A DNA stretch of 32,000 nt from assembly GCA_000008085.1 (NCBI GenBank), contig AE017199.1:390001-422000 (forward strand). Direction: 5' to 3'. This stretch comes from Nanoarchaeum equitans Kin4-M. Lineage in GTDB: Archaea; Nanobdellota; Nanobdellia; Nanobdellales; Nanoarchaeaceae. Shown in pieces: positions 19,225 to 28,539 of the stretch (the first letter of the stretch is position 1; the number at the start of each line of letters is the position of its first letter). A program made the position numbers and the translations under genes. The notes below the pieces were generated by a model. The model had not been told where the DNA came from, ran no database searches, and saw only the letters and a list, made by a program, of their open reading frames with translations.

Positions 19225-19281
19225 GCCACCCCATCGGGGGCAGACACCCGGAGGTCCCGGGTTCGAATCCCGGCGGGGGCC
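19225..19281 (+). tRNA. Candidate split-tRNA 3' half (positions ~38-73 plus leader), probably tRNA-His
   Basis: A38 CCCGG(39-43) AGGTC CCGGG TTCGAAT CCCGG CGGGGGC C73; no cognate 5' cloverleaf half upstream; GC-rich leader; own TATA box at 19202-19207. Confidence 0.8.
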
Positions 19282-19288
19282 CTCCTAT

Positions 19289-19771
19289 TTATTGTTTCTT
19301 ATAATTTTCTTGTGCTTGTTTTATTATTTTCTCAGCTTCTTCTTTTCCTAAAAATTCTTTAACTTTAACAAATTTTCCTGGTTCTAATTCTTTATACCTT
19401 TCAAAGAAATGTTTTATTTTAAGCTTTATTCCCTCTTTTAATTCACTTATATCCTCTATTTCCCCATAGATTGGGTCTACTTTTTTTACTGGTACAGCTA
19501 TTATCTTTCTGTCTACCCCTTTTTCATCTTCTGTAACTAAAACTCCAATGGGCTTAACTTTTATATAAGAGCCAGGCACTAATGGTTCTTCAGTAATAAC
19601 TAGTACATCCAAAGGATCCCCATCCTCTTCTAAAGTCTCTGGTATGAACCCATAATTGTATGGGTAAAACATTGCCCCATATAATATTCTATCAACCTTT
19701 AATTTACCATCTTCATATTCATACTTTACATTGCTCCCTTTTGGCACTTCGATAAACGCATAAACCTCCAT
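19289..19771 (-). CDS. ppa: Inorganic pyrophosphatase
   Basis: [56 protein letters not shown]. Confidence 0.95.
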   Translation of the reverse strand: MEVYAFIEVPKGSNVKYEYEDGKLKVDRILYGAMFYPYNYGFIPETLEEDGDPLDVLVITEEPLVPGSYIKVKPIGVLVTEDEKGVDRKIIAVPVKKVDPIYGEIEDISELKEGIKLKIKHFFERYKELEPGKFVKVKEFLGKEEAEKIIKQAQENYKKQ

Positions 19772-19863
19772 AGTTATTCTAAAGGATATAGTTTAAATAC
19801 TGTTGATGGTATCACTATATAATGGTTGTGGAAAAAGTTAAATGATAACGAGCATATCATATA

Positions 19864-21900
19864 ATGAAATATTCAAAATTCTTATTCACTTGGCTAGTTT
19901 TATCATCAGCATTATCTCTAGTATGGCCTGCTAACTTTCCATTAGTATCGAAGGGAGAAAAACTTGTTATTGGAAAAGGTTCAAAATTAGTTATTGCACT
20001 TCCGGGCCAAAGCGAGAATAAAAATGAGAACAAACAAGAACCACAAAATACCACTAGCCAAAAACGTAATAAGCATTTGCTATTAGTAATAAAAACCCAA
20101 AAGAATAATTTTACCATAAATGCGAGTGATTTAAAAGTAGACAATATATGTAAAATAGAAAAACTGTGGGTTGAAAGCAGTTTGGGTAAAGAATGGGATG
20201 TTAGATTCATTTTCAAAAATGGATTAACTTCTAACAACATTTGTATCAATGGGTTTAAAAGCAGTTATACATACACAACTCAATCAAAAGAAATAATTTT
20301 TGACAAACCTGTTACTCTTACAAAACTTTGTGTTTATGGAGATATAGGTAAATATGGAGGAGACATAAAAGTATATATTAATGGTAAATATGTTGGTACT
20401 ATAAAACATGATAACTTTTTTGATGCAATTTGTATACAGCCAGTCCCCCCAACCAATAGCTCAAACAAAAGATATGTACCTGTTCCCAATTACGTATGTA
20501 CTAAATATAAGCCAGCATGTAGGAAAGAGGTTAGGTGGCCTGTTCTCTGGGAAGAAAAATTTGTATGTGAATGGGATCCAAATGCTAGCCAAAAGTTTTA
20601 CCCAGGGGTTAAAGAGTTATTAGATAAATATGAAGAATGTTGTGCATACAAAAATGGCTATATTGAATGTTACCCATCTCTATGTGCAAGTAATAAAATA
20701 AGCGGTTTGCTTAAAGCAATACATAGTGCCAAGGTTTGTGTAAGCAAGGAGCAATCAGGTTACTACTTTTATGTATGGGAATACGGTACAAAATGTGCAA
20801 AATGGGGCCCGTATCAATGGTATGACACTCCCCCCAATGATAAAAACTATACTTGCACTCGTGAGTATAGGTGTATAGAATATAAAACCTACTGTGGAAA
20901 ATGTATTCGCACCATTACTAAACTTGGAACCTGTACTAAACCAAAGTATTGTACTCGTCCTAAATATTGCACTAGAACAAAATATTGTACTAGGACAAAA
21001 TACTGTACTCGGGACAAATACTGTAAAAAGAGGGTGTGTGATATGATGATGTATTTCAACCCCTTCTTCTCCCCCCCAACAATAATTGTACCTGCATCTA
21101 TTAAACTACCGCTTCCTGGGAAGTGTATTGCATCTCATGAGGAAAAATACAAGTGTGGAACGCAAAGATATGCTTGTGGTACTGAGAGATATCCTTGCGG
21201 TACTGAACAATATGTATGTGGCATTGAAAAGTACCAATGTGGAACGGAGGTATATACGTGCCGTAAAAAAGAGAAAATAATATTGTATAATATAGAAGAA
21301 AGTAGTTGCTCGGGGGAATGTAGAAATAGATATCCAAAATGCGTAAAGGGCAAATATATGTATAAATGTGAAAAATGTCTACAATATGACCCTGTACTAG
21401 TAAACAGTTACCTAACTCCCCCTTACTATAAGTATAACGCACTCGTTGGGGATTATAAGTGTATAAATAATACCTATCAAGATGTAAAGTCAATAAGATT
21501 TGAATTAAGTTCAAAAATAGATGAAAACGATTTCTGTGGTTATCCGTTTATGGCACGCCTACAATTCTATTTGATTTCTGCTAATAACAATACCACACTG
21601 AAAGTAAATAACGAAACAATAAAACCAGAATCCGTAGAATCTGTTGATGTACAAGCCACAAAGATAGAGTTTGCTTATCCTGAAAAGTTTGAGGGATATG
21701 TCCTATTAAATGTGTGGGGAGAAGGTAACTTTACTAAAAACGAATCTTCTGCATTGAAGGTTAGAGAAAAAGATGGTAAAACATTAGTTAGCCCATTGCA
21801 TGCCATTAAAAGATTTGCAAGAAATGCCAGAAAGAAAATGAAAAGCTTTATAGACAATGCCCAAAAGAGATGTCTATTCCCATTCTGGCCCTTCTGTTAA
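19864..21900 (+). CDS. Large secreted Cys-rich repeat protein (678 aa)
   Basis: Signal peptide-like N-terminus; two Cys-every-6-residue repeat arrays. Confidence 0.8.
   Translation: MKYSKFLFTWLVLSSALSLVWPANFPLVSKGEKLVIGKGSKLVIALPGQSENKNENKQEPQNTTSQKRNKHLLLVIKTQKNNFTINASDLKVDNICKIEKLWVESSLGKEWDVRFIFKNGLTSNNICINGFKSSYTYTTQSKEIIFDKPVTLTKLCVYGDIGKYGGDIKVYINGKYVGTIKHDNFFDAICIQPVPPTNSSNKRYVPVPNYVCTKYKPACRKEVRWPVLWEEKFVCEWDPNASQKFYPGVKELLDKYEECCAYKNGYIECYPSLCASNKISGLLKAIHSAKVCVSKEQSGYYFYVWEYGTKCAKWGPYQWYDTPPNDKNYTCTREYRCIEYKTYCGKCIRTITKLGTCTKPKYCTRPKYCTRTKYCTRTKYCTRDKYCKKRVCDMMMYFNPFFSPPTIIVPASIKLPLPGKCIASHEEKYKCGTQRYACGTERYPCGTEQYVCGIEKYQCGTEVYTCRKKEKIILYNIEESSCSGECRNRYPKCVKGKYMYKCEKCLQYDPVLVNSYLTPPYYKYNALVGDYKCINNTYQDVKSIRFELSSKIDENDFCGYPFMARLQFYLISANNNTTLKVNNETIKPESVESVDVQATKIEFAYPEKFEGYVLLNVWGEGNFTKNESSALKVREKDGKTLVSPLHAIKRFARNARKKMKSFIDNAQKRCLFPFWPFC
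20932..21030 (+). repeat. Coding tandem repeat, consensus C-T-R-x-K-Y
   Basis: CTKPKYCTRPKYCTRTKYCTRTKYCTRDKYCKK. Confidence 0.9.
21144..21264 (+). repeat. Coding tandem repeat, consensus C-G-T-E-x-Y
   Basis: KYKCGTQRYACGTERYPCGTEQYVCGIEKYQCGTEVYTC. Confidence 0.9.
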
Positions 21901-21929
21901 ATTTTTTATACATTAATTTTATACCCTAA

Positions 21930-22772
21930 GTGCTAGACAATATAAGTGCTGCGATATTAAGACAGTTAGATTATTTATCAAAACATTATGAATGGGTTCC
22001 GTTTGAGCAATTAAAGAAAAGACTGGACTATAACGAAAAAATAATAAAGAAAAAAATAAAAGAATTGCTAAGAAAAGAGTATATCCAAGGAATACCGCAT
22101 GCTAAATATAATGAATGGGCCTTTAAAATTACTTCTAAAGGCTTAGACGCGATAGCTTTCCATGATTTGCAAAAGAACAAAGTAGTAAAAAAATTATTAA
22201 ACCCAATAGGTATGGGAAAAGAAGCAGAAGTGTATTTAGCCTTAGATTTTGACGATAATCCTATTGTTGTAAAAAAGCATTTATTTGATAGGGCCAAATT
22301 CAAAAAAATAGCCAAATCCTTAGCATATGCTTCTATTAAATGGAGAGCAAAACAATTGGGCAAAAAACTATACGAAATAAATGTGCCCAGAGCAAAAGCT
22401 CAAATAGAATCCTATGTTTTAGAAAAACTATACTACATGGGTTTCCATGTGCCAAAGCCCATATCTATTAATAGGCATATTGTAGTAATGGAAGCTATAT
22501 TAGATAATGGTTTTCCTGCAAAGCAATTATCTAAGCTAAAACCTGACAAAGAATTGGGTTTAAAGATATTGGAAGAATATGATAATATAGTTAAAAAAGC
22601 CAAAATAGTGCATGGCGATTTAAGCCCATTCAATATTTTAGTAAAAGGTGGAGAATACTATTTCATAGATTGGGCCCAAGCGGTGCCTAGCGATTATGAA
22701 GAAGCAAATATATTATATAAAAGAGATATTGAAAACATAAAAAAATTCTTTCATTTAGACGATACTATGTGA
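21930..22772 (+). CDS. rio2: RIO-type serine/threonine kinase Rio2
   Basis: N-terminal winged helix, GMGKEAEVYLALDFDDNPIVVKKH, HGDLSPFNILVKGGEYYFIDWAQAV. Confidence 0.93.
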   Translation: MLDNISAAILRQLDYLSKHYEWVPFEQLKKRLDYNEKIIKKKIKELLRKEYIQGIPHAKYNEWAFKITSKGLDAIAFHDLQKNKVVKKLLNPIGMGKEAEVYLALDFDDNPIVVKKHLFDRAKFKKIAKSLAYASIKWRAKQLGKKLYEINVPRAKAQIESYVLEKLYYMGFHVPKPISINRHIVVMEAILDNGFPAKQLSKLKPDKELGLKILEEYDNIVKKAKIVHGDLSPFNILVKGGEYYFIDWAQAVPSDYEEANILYKRDIENIKKFFHLDDTM

Positions 22773-23944
22773 ATAACATCCCTATGTTTTAGTTTGTAAT
22801 CTTTTCCTAAAATCTTTCTAGTCCTTACATCTATAGCCTTAACGAAATGTTTTGCCAAATCTTCATGTATCTTCCTAGCAAAATCTAATACTGTTGAGCC
22901 CTCTTTTAATAAAAAGCAGTCCGGTAAAACATTGCCTTCTTTATCGGTTAGCTTATCTATACCCCCGGGGAATACCGCTATATATTTCAAAACATCGAAA
23001 ACCAAAGTGTCTAAAGCATTTTGTACCCCAGTACTGCCAAACCTTTCTAGTATGTTTGTTTTTATGAAATCCAATACTTTTTTCTCCTTTTCGCTTAAAG
23101 GTTTTAATATTTCAAAATCACTTTCGCCAGGTATATAGGATATTTTACCTTGTTTGTCCAATTCTTTTAATATATACTCTGCATATCCCGATGTAGGTAT
23201 TGTTAATGGATATTCCTTTTTTATTCTTTCTATGTTTTTTTCTGCCAAATCTGGATCTATGTCTATTCTGTTTGCAGCAATTACAAAAGGTTTTGAGTAT
23301 ATTCTTAAAAGATGTGCTAATTTAAATAACAATTCGTCATCGAAATCATAAAATTCACTATCTAAATTTAGATCTCTAAAAGCTTTCTTTACATGGTCTA
23401 TATTTACATTTAACCCAGACATTATCTTTGCTATTTCTCTATCTATTGGTCTCTTCTCTATTTTAGCAACTCTTAAGATTTTATCTATATTCCTTTTTAA
23501 AACATTGTAAAACCAATAATCTAATTCTTCTTCTAACCATTTTATGTCTTTTAATGGATCATATTTACCAGGGCCTACGAAATGGCCTTCCTCATCCGTG
23601 GCACCAACAGCATCGACAACCATTATTATACCATCAGCTTTTCTTATGTCATCTAAAAATTGGTTTCCCAGCCCTTTACCTTCGTGTGCCCCAGGAACTA
23701 GGCCGGCAATGTCTATAACTTCTATTGGTACAAATCTATATTTGCCCTTAATAAAACCATGCCTTGGGTTAGAAATAACTCCAAATTCTGGGCCTACATC
23801 TTCAACTCTAACATATGCAACTCCTTTGTTTGGTTCTATAGTCACAAAAGGCCTATTATCTATTTCTACTGGTTGCAAAGTCAAAGCTTTGAAAAAAGTA
23901 GATTTGCCTACATTGGGTTTGCCTACTATGCCTACTAAAACCAT
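22751..23944 (-). CDS. YchF/Obg-type GTP-binding protein
   Basis: GIVGKPNVGKSTFFKALT, IEVIDIAGLVPGAHEGKGLGNQFLDDIRKAD, C-terminal TGS-like domain. Confidence 0.93.
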   Translation of the reverse strand: MVLVGIVGKPNVGKSTFFKALTLQPVEIDNRPFVTIEPNKGVAYVRVEDVGPEFGVISNPRHGFIKGKYRFVPIEVIDIAGLVPGAHEGKGLGNQFLDDIRKADGIIMVVDAVGATDEEGHFVGPGKYDPLKDIKWLEEELDYWFYNVLKRNIDKILRVAKIEKRPIDREIAKIMSGLNVNIDHVKKAFRDLNLDSEFYDFDDELLFKLAHLLRIYSKPFVIAANRIDIDPDLAEKNIERIKKEYPLTIPTSGYAEYILKELDKQGKISYIPGESDFEILKPLSEKEKKVLDFIKTNILERFGSTGVQNALDTLVFDVLKYIAVFPGGIDKLTDKEGNVLPDCFLLKEGSTVLDFARKIHEDLAKHFVKAIDVRTRKILGKDYKLKHRDVIHIVSSK

Positions 23945-23980
23945 AACACAATTTTTATTAACTATTTATAGCTATGCCAA

Positions 23981-25315
23981 ATGAAAATAGAAGTAAGAGC
24001 TGTAGGGGGTTATAACGAAATAGGCGCTAATATGACAGCTATTGGAATAGATGACGAATGGCTAATAATAGATATGGGTGTGCATGTCGATAAAATGTTA
24101 GCATTTCAAAAAGACCAAGAAGAAGTTGTAGAATGGAATAGGGAATTATTAGAAAAAATAAACGCTTTACCAAAAATAGAGTATATAGAGGATATAAAAG
24201 ATAAAGTTAAGGCAATACTAATTACGCATGGCCATTTAGACCATATAGGAGCAGTAATACATTTGGCTTATGAATTTAATGCTCCAATTATCGGCCCACC
24301 CTATGCCATAGAATTAATAAGATCTTTCGAAAAGGATTATAAAATAATATTGCCAAACGAAATGAAAAAGATAAACCTTAATTCCTCTATACAAATTAGC
24401 GATAAAATAAGTGTAGATTTCATTTACGCAACCCATTCCATACCGCATAGCGCCCATTTGGCTATACATACTCCAAAAGGAGTAATATTCTTCTCGGGAG
24501 ATTATAAATTCGACAATTTCCCAGTAATAGGGCAAAGGTATAATTTAGAAAAACTGAAAGAGATAGCTAAAGAAGGGGTAATATTAGCATTTATTGAATC
24601 CACTAGGGCAGACGAAGATAAAAGAAGCTATAGCGAGATAATTGCTAGGGAAATGCTTAGAGATGTTTTATTCGAAGAGCATGAAGGGTTAATAATAATG
24701 ACTACTTTTTCTAGCCACATAGCGAGATTAAAATCCATGGTTGAACTAAGCTTAGAATTGGATAGAGATGTGTATATATTAGGAAGAAGTATGGTAAAAA
24801 ATGTTGAAATCGCTGAAAAACTTGGAATATACAAGTTTAGCGATAAGGCTAAAATATATCAATACCATGACCAAATCGCTAGGCTATTAAAAAAGATTGA
24901 TGATAGATCTAAATATGCACTAATTGTTACAGGCAACCAAGGAGAGCCCGGTAGCGTTCTATGGAGGATGGCTTTTGAGAAATTCCCATTTAGGTTAGAC
25001 AAAAAAGATACTGTTATATTTAGTTGCTTTACAATACCAAATGCTATAAATATTGCTTTTAGAAACCTAATAGAGGAAAAAATAAAATCTTTTGGTACTA
25101 GAATAATAAAAGATGTCCATGTCTCTGGCCATGCAATGAGGGACGACCATTATAGACTAATAAAGATACTAAAGCCCCAAATAATAATCCCAAACCATGG
25201 AGATTTTATAAAAAGAGGAGCATTAGCAGATTTGGCGATGAACGAATTTGGTTATTCTTTAGGGAAAGATTTATTTTTAATACAAAATGGGCAAAGAATA
25301 AATTTTGAGTTCTAA
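23981..25315 (+). CDS. rnj: Ribonuclease J (metallo-beta-lactamase/beta-CASP)
   Basis: GYNEIGANMTAI, LITHGHLDHIGAVIHL, IIPNHGDFIKRG. Confidence 0.9.
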   Translation: MKIEVRAVGGYNEIGANMTAIGIDDEWLIIDMGVHVDKMLAFQKDQEEVVEWNRELLEKINALPKIEYIEDIKDKVKAILITHGHLDHIGAVIHLAYEFNAPIIGPPYAIELIRSFEKDYKIILPNEMKKINLNSSIQISDKISVDFIYATHSIPHSAHLAIHTPKGVIFFSGDYKFDNFPVIGQRYNLEKLKEIAKEGVILAFIESTRADEDKRSYSEIIAREMLRDVLFEEHEGLIIMTTFSSHIARLKSMVELSLELDRDVYILGRSMVKNVEIAEKLGIYKFSDKAKIYQYHDQIARLLKKIDDRSKYALIVTGNQGEPGSVLWRMAFEKFPFRLDKKDTVIFSCFTIPNAINIAFRNLIEEKIKSFGTRIIKDVHVSGHAMRDDHYRLIKILKPQIIIPNHGDFIKRGALADLAMNEFGYSLGKDLFLIQNGQRINFEF

Positions 25316-25316
25316 T

Positions 25317-25778
25317 TTATTTCTTCTTTATTACCCCAACAGTTCTGCCTTTTCTATGGTGGCTTCTAGTCCTTTGCCCTCTAACAGGGAGACCTTCTCT
25401 ATGTCTATAACCTCTCCAAGAGTTGATTTGCATTTCCCTTTTAATATCGAATTCCATTGTAATTTTGTAATCGTTTCCTACCAAATGTAAGTCTTTTCCA
25501 GTTTCTGGGTCTCTCCTTCTATTATATAACCAAGAAGGTATCCCATATTTCCATGGGTTTCTTAATGCGTCTTCCAATTTTTCTAACTCTTCATCACTCA
25601 AAGAACCAATTTTTCTCCATTTGTCAATTCCTAAAGCTGCACAAACAGCATGGGCAAACATCCAATTTACTCCAACAACTTTCCTTAGCTCTACATATAT
25701 AGGTTTGTGTCCATCTAAATCCACATCCGCTATATGGACTATATCTTTAGTTACCTCTCCATAGGGTTTTTTGGCCAT
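25317..25778 (-). CDS. rps13: 30S ribosomal protein S13 (uS13)
   Basis: HAVCAALGIDKWRKIGSLSDEELEKLE, YRHREGLPVRGQRTRSHHRKG. Confidence 0.95.
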   Translation of the reverse strand: MAKKPYGEVTKDIVHIADVDLDGHKPIYVELRKVVGVNWMFAHAVCAALGIDKWRKIGSLSDEELEKLEDALRNPWKYGIPSWLYNRRRDPETGKDLHLVGNDYKITMEFDIKREMQINSWRGYRHREGLPVRGQRTRSHHRKGRTVGVIKKK

Positions 25779-25809
25779 TCATAAAATGCTAAACAAAAAT
25801 TTAATAATA

Positions 25810-26991
25810 TTAGGGGTATAACCAACTCTTTAAAGATTTTATAACATCTTTTGCTTTATTCTCAAATCCTGAAGACAAAACATCTAAATCGTATAATGAG
25901 TATACTTCGCTAACATTTCCTGCAGTTCCATTGGTGTCATCTTCACATTGCTCAAAACTTTTGTCATTCATTATCAAAGATATCGTGGGCTCTGCTATTT
26001 TATATCTAAATGGATATGCATAGATAATATCCAATTTCGCTTTTTTACCTAAAACTATGTCTGTACCTTCAATATCATTATCGTTACATTGTAATTTAGT
26101 ATTGTTAGCAGTTAAACTACATTCCAAAGCCTCATTAAATGGACCCGAATCTTTTATATAAGTATAACTCTTAATGGTGTATGTATTGTTTTTATCATCA
26201 TGTGTTCCATCTGATATCGTTACGTTACAACATTTTGTGATGTCTTGCCCATTTAATAATACTTTCACAACAAGGGCGTCTTTTAGATCATTACCATCTT
26301 TTATTGGAATAACATTGTTGTTTTTGTTAAACTTAATTATAATTTTGTAATCATTGTATATCGATTCTATTTTCACATTTGTATTAACATCAGAAGGTAA
26401 AGAGAATTTTTTTGATACATCTCCAACATTGCAATTACCCATCGGGGAATCTTTGTGTTTAGCAACTCTCGTACATACTTCATATTCTTCTATGCCTCCT
26501 ATTACTCCAACCAAATATATCGGAATAGTTAATTCAGGTGTTTGTAAATAAGAAGTATCTATTTGGAACATCACATAATATGGCACAGTGTTTTTCTCTT
26601 TTAAACCAACATATACTGCTTTGCTAATATCTTTCTTAAAAGTAAACTTATTCATATAGTAAGTGGTGCTTCCACTGGTTGCTGTGTTTGTTACTCCCTT
26701 TTCAGATTTCAAAGCCCTACTACATAAAACATTATCCACAAAAAGATAAACACTGTCATTAGTTAAATTAATAGGCAAATGGTTATTTATTCTCATAGGA
26801 ATGGGTATTTTTTGTCCTAGGTTAACCATATAACTATTTTTTCCTTCATAAGTTATAGAAACTGCGTTACCAGAACTATAATATGTTTGTTCCTCCGTAG
26901 TATTATTTATTGGTTCTACTTGGGGTTGGTTGCTTAGATTTACGCAACCAGAAAGCATAAATAATATGCCTAATAGTAATAGATAATACAT
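25810..26991 (-). CDS. Hypothetical lipoprotein-like secreted protein; start probably 26991 (MYYLLLLGILFMLSGC...)
   Basis: LSGC lipobox-like sequence; TTTAAA at 27012-27017 is exactly 20 nt upstream of ATG 26991, not of the listed 27006. Confidence 0.7.
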   Translation of the reverse strand: MYYLLLLGILFMLSGCVNLSNQPQVEPINNTTEEQTYYSSGNAVSITYEGKNSYMVNLGQKIPIPMRINNHLPINLTNDSVYLFVDNVLCSRALKSEKGVTNTATSGSTTYYMNKFTFKKDISKAVYVGLKEKNTVPYYVMFQIDTSYLQTPELTIPIYLVGVIGGIEEYEVCTRVAKHKDSPMGNCNVGDVSKKFSLPSDVNTNVKIESIYNDYKIIIKFNKNNNVIPIKDGNDLKDALVVKVLLNGQDITKCCNVTISDGTHDDKNNTYTIKSYTYIKDSGPFNEALECSLTANNTKLQCNDNDIEGTDIVLGKKAKLDIIYAYPFRYKIAEPTISLIMNDKSFEQCEDDTNGTAGNVSEVYSLYDLDVLSSGFENKAKDVIKSLKSWLYP

Positions 26992-27024
26992 ATTTATTTT
27001 TCGCAATCTTATTTAAATATATAG

Positions 27025-27098
27025 CGCCCGGGCCCGGATTCGAACCGGGGACCTGCCGGTTAACAGCCGGCCGCTCTACCGGGCTGAGCTACCCGGGC
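27025..27098 (-). tRNA. tRNA-Asn (GTT)
   Basis: GCCCGGG TA GCTCAGCCCGGTAGAGC G GCCGG CTGTTAA CCGGC AGGTC CCCGG TTCGAAT CCGGG CCCGGGC G; CCA not encoded. Confidence 0.96.
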
Positions 27099-27162
27099 AG
27101 AGAGTAATGTAATAACATTTTAAAAACATTATTACCTTTAAATGCAATAGAAATTAACTTGG

Positions 27163-27546
27163 ATGGCTTACCCCTACCAAGGGAGAGACAATAGACTAAT
27201 TACTGGGAGAATCCATCCTAGGGCTAGAAAAAAGAGAAAATATGAATTGGGTAGAGAACCCACATTTACTAGGGTAGGAGAAAGGAAAATTAAGAAAATT
27301 AGGGTTAGAGGGGGAAATATAAAGATAAGATTGAAAAGAGATATGTATGTTAATGTGTATGACCCTACCCAAGGAAAAACAGTAAAAGCAAAAATAGTTA
27401 GATTTTTAGATAACCCCTCAAATAGAAATTTTGCGAGAATGGGTATACTAACTAAAGGGGCTATAGTCGAAACAGAATTGGGCAAAGTCAAAATAACTTC
27501 TCGTCCAGGCCAAGATGGTGTATTAAATGGTGTTTTGATTCAATAA
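27163..27546 (+). CDS. rps8e: 30S ribosomal protein S8e (eS8)
   Basis: GRIHPRARKKRKYELGREPTFTRVGERKIKKIRVRGGNIKIRL, ARMGILTKGAIVETELGKVKITSRPGQDGVLNGVLI. Confidence 0.92.
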   Translation: MAYPYQGRDNRLITGRIHPRARKKRKYELGREPTFTRVGERKIKKIRVRGGNIKIRLKRDMYVNVYDPTQGKTVKAKIVRFLDNPSNRNFARMGILTKGAIVETELGKVKITSRPGQDGVLNGVLIQ

Positions 27547-27693
27547 ACACACCAAATCTCCAAAAATTGATGAACCTAAGCTAAGGAAAATTATTCCAGT
27601 AAAGGTTTTCCCTTCGTATAATGATACAAACCCTTTATAGAATAAAACTATAGACAAAGCCAAAATCGCTATTGCAAATACCTTTCTAACCAT
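27523..27693 (-). CDS. Small hydrophobic protein (56 aa), not in the supplied ORF track
   Basis: MVRKVFAIAILALSIVLFYKGFVSLYEGKTFTGIIFLSLGSSIFGDLVCLLNQNTI; overlaps the end of the next reverse-strand gene. Confidence 0.45.
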   Translation of the reverse strand: MVRKVFAIAILALSIVLFYKGFVSLYEGKTFTGIIFLSLGSSIFGDLVCLLNQNTI

Positions 27694-28091
27694 AAAACAA
27701 TTATTCCCAAAACAATATAAAAGCTTAACTTTTTTATTGATGTTCTTTTATTCCTAAATAGCAAAGCTGTATTGTATAGCAAAAAGATTGCTAAAAAAGT
27801 TTCATAGATAGGATATAACATATCGCAAAATATTTCGCAAGGTAATGGCCTTTTAATTAAAACTAGGAATAAATAAAAAACCATTAAATAAAACAAAAAT
27901 GCACTATTTAAATGGATTCTTGTAAAGTTTATGTTTTTTAGAATGGCTAAGAAAAGCATATTATTATAAGCCAGTATAAGGTAATCAAATACAAAAGCCA
28001 AACCTATAGCGTAAGGGCTTATCTTATATACTAAATAAGCGGTTATGAGATAATATATTATTCTAAGAAAGACCAGCTTTTTCTCGAACAT
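27669..28091 (-). CDS. Hypothetical polytopic membrane protein
   Basis: Hydrophobic 140-aa ORF in apparent operon. Confidence 0.65.
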   Translation of the reverse strand: MFEKKLVFLRIIYYLITAYLVYKISPYAIGLAFVFDYLILAYNNMLFLAILKNINFTRIHLNSAFLFYLMVFYLFLVLIKRPLPCEIFCDMLYPIYETFLAIFLLYNTALLFRNKRTSIKKLSFYIVLGIIVLWLERYLQ

Positions 28092-28539
28092 TGTTGATTA
28101 TGGGAGATAATGCTAAGGTAAAAACTATATATGCTAAAAACAAAGATATTGTTCCTCCTATGAATGGCAATTCAATTTTGAAATTTTCCCACACATTGCC
28201 CTTTAATAAGCCTAACAAAGATAAACCAATTATAAACAAAGCCATATTTGCGAACATATATTTTTTCATTATTTCTTGTTTTTTGTTGTAAATCTCTATG
28301 ATTTTGTCTTGTTTAACTAATGCTAAAAATGGGTTTTTTTGTATCTCTTTCAATTCTTGGTTTATTTTTTTTATTTCCTCCGTATCAATTAAGATTGCTC
28401 CCAATAATAAGGATAAACCGTTGAGCAATAATACAGCACCAATAGCTATTAAAAGCAAACCCCAATTAACATTGCCTCCTAAGAAATAGTTTACTAAAAT
28501 ATAAGCAATCAAAAATAGTATGAAACTATATTGTTTCAT
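28063..28539 (-). CDS. DUF106/EMC3-TMCO1 family (archaeal YidC/Oxa1-like) membrane protein
   Basis: DTEEIKKINQELKEIQKNPFLALVKQDKIIEIYNKKQEIMKKYM coiled cytosolic loop between TM segments. Confidence 0.7.
   Translation of the reverse strand: MKQYSFILFLIAYILVNYFLGGNVNWGLLLIAIGAVLLLNGLSLLLGAILIDTEEIKKINQELKEIQKNPFLALVKQDKIIEIYNKKQEIMKKYMFANMALFIIGLSLLGLLKGNVWENFKIELPFIGGTISLFLAYIVFTLALSPIINNVREKAGLS

Noticed and set aside
21101-21514. 137-aa reverse-strand ORF with Cys/His-rich repeats
   Set aside because: Antisense shadow of the Cys-rich repeat region of the 19864-21900 gene, whose forward frame has a signal peptide and clear repeats.
27109-27136. Imperfect palindrome GTAATAA...TTATTAC between tRNA-Asn and rps8e
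   Set aside because: It surrounds the two divergent TATA boxes in an AT-rich spacer; the inner part is not complementary and the stem is weak, so no regulatory claim is made.
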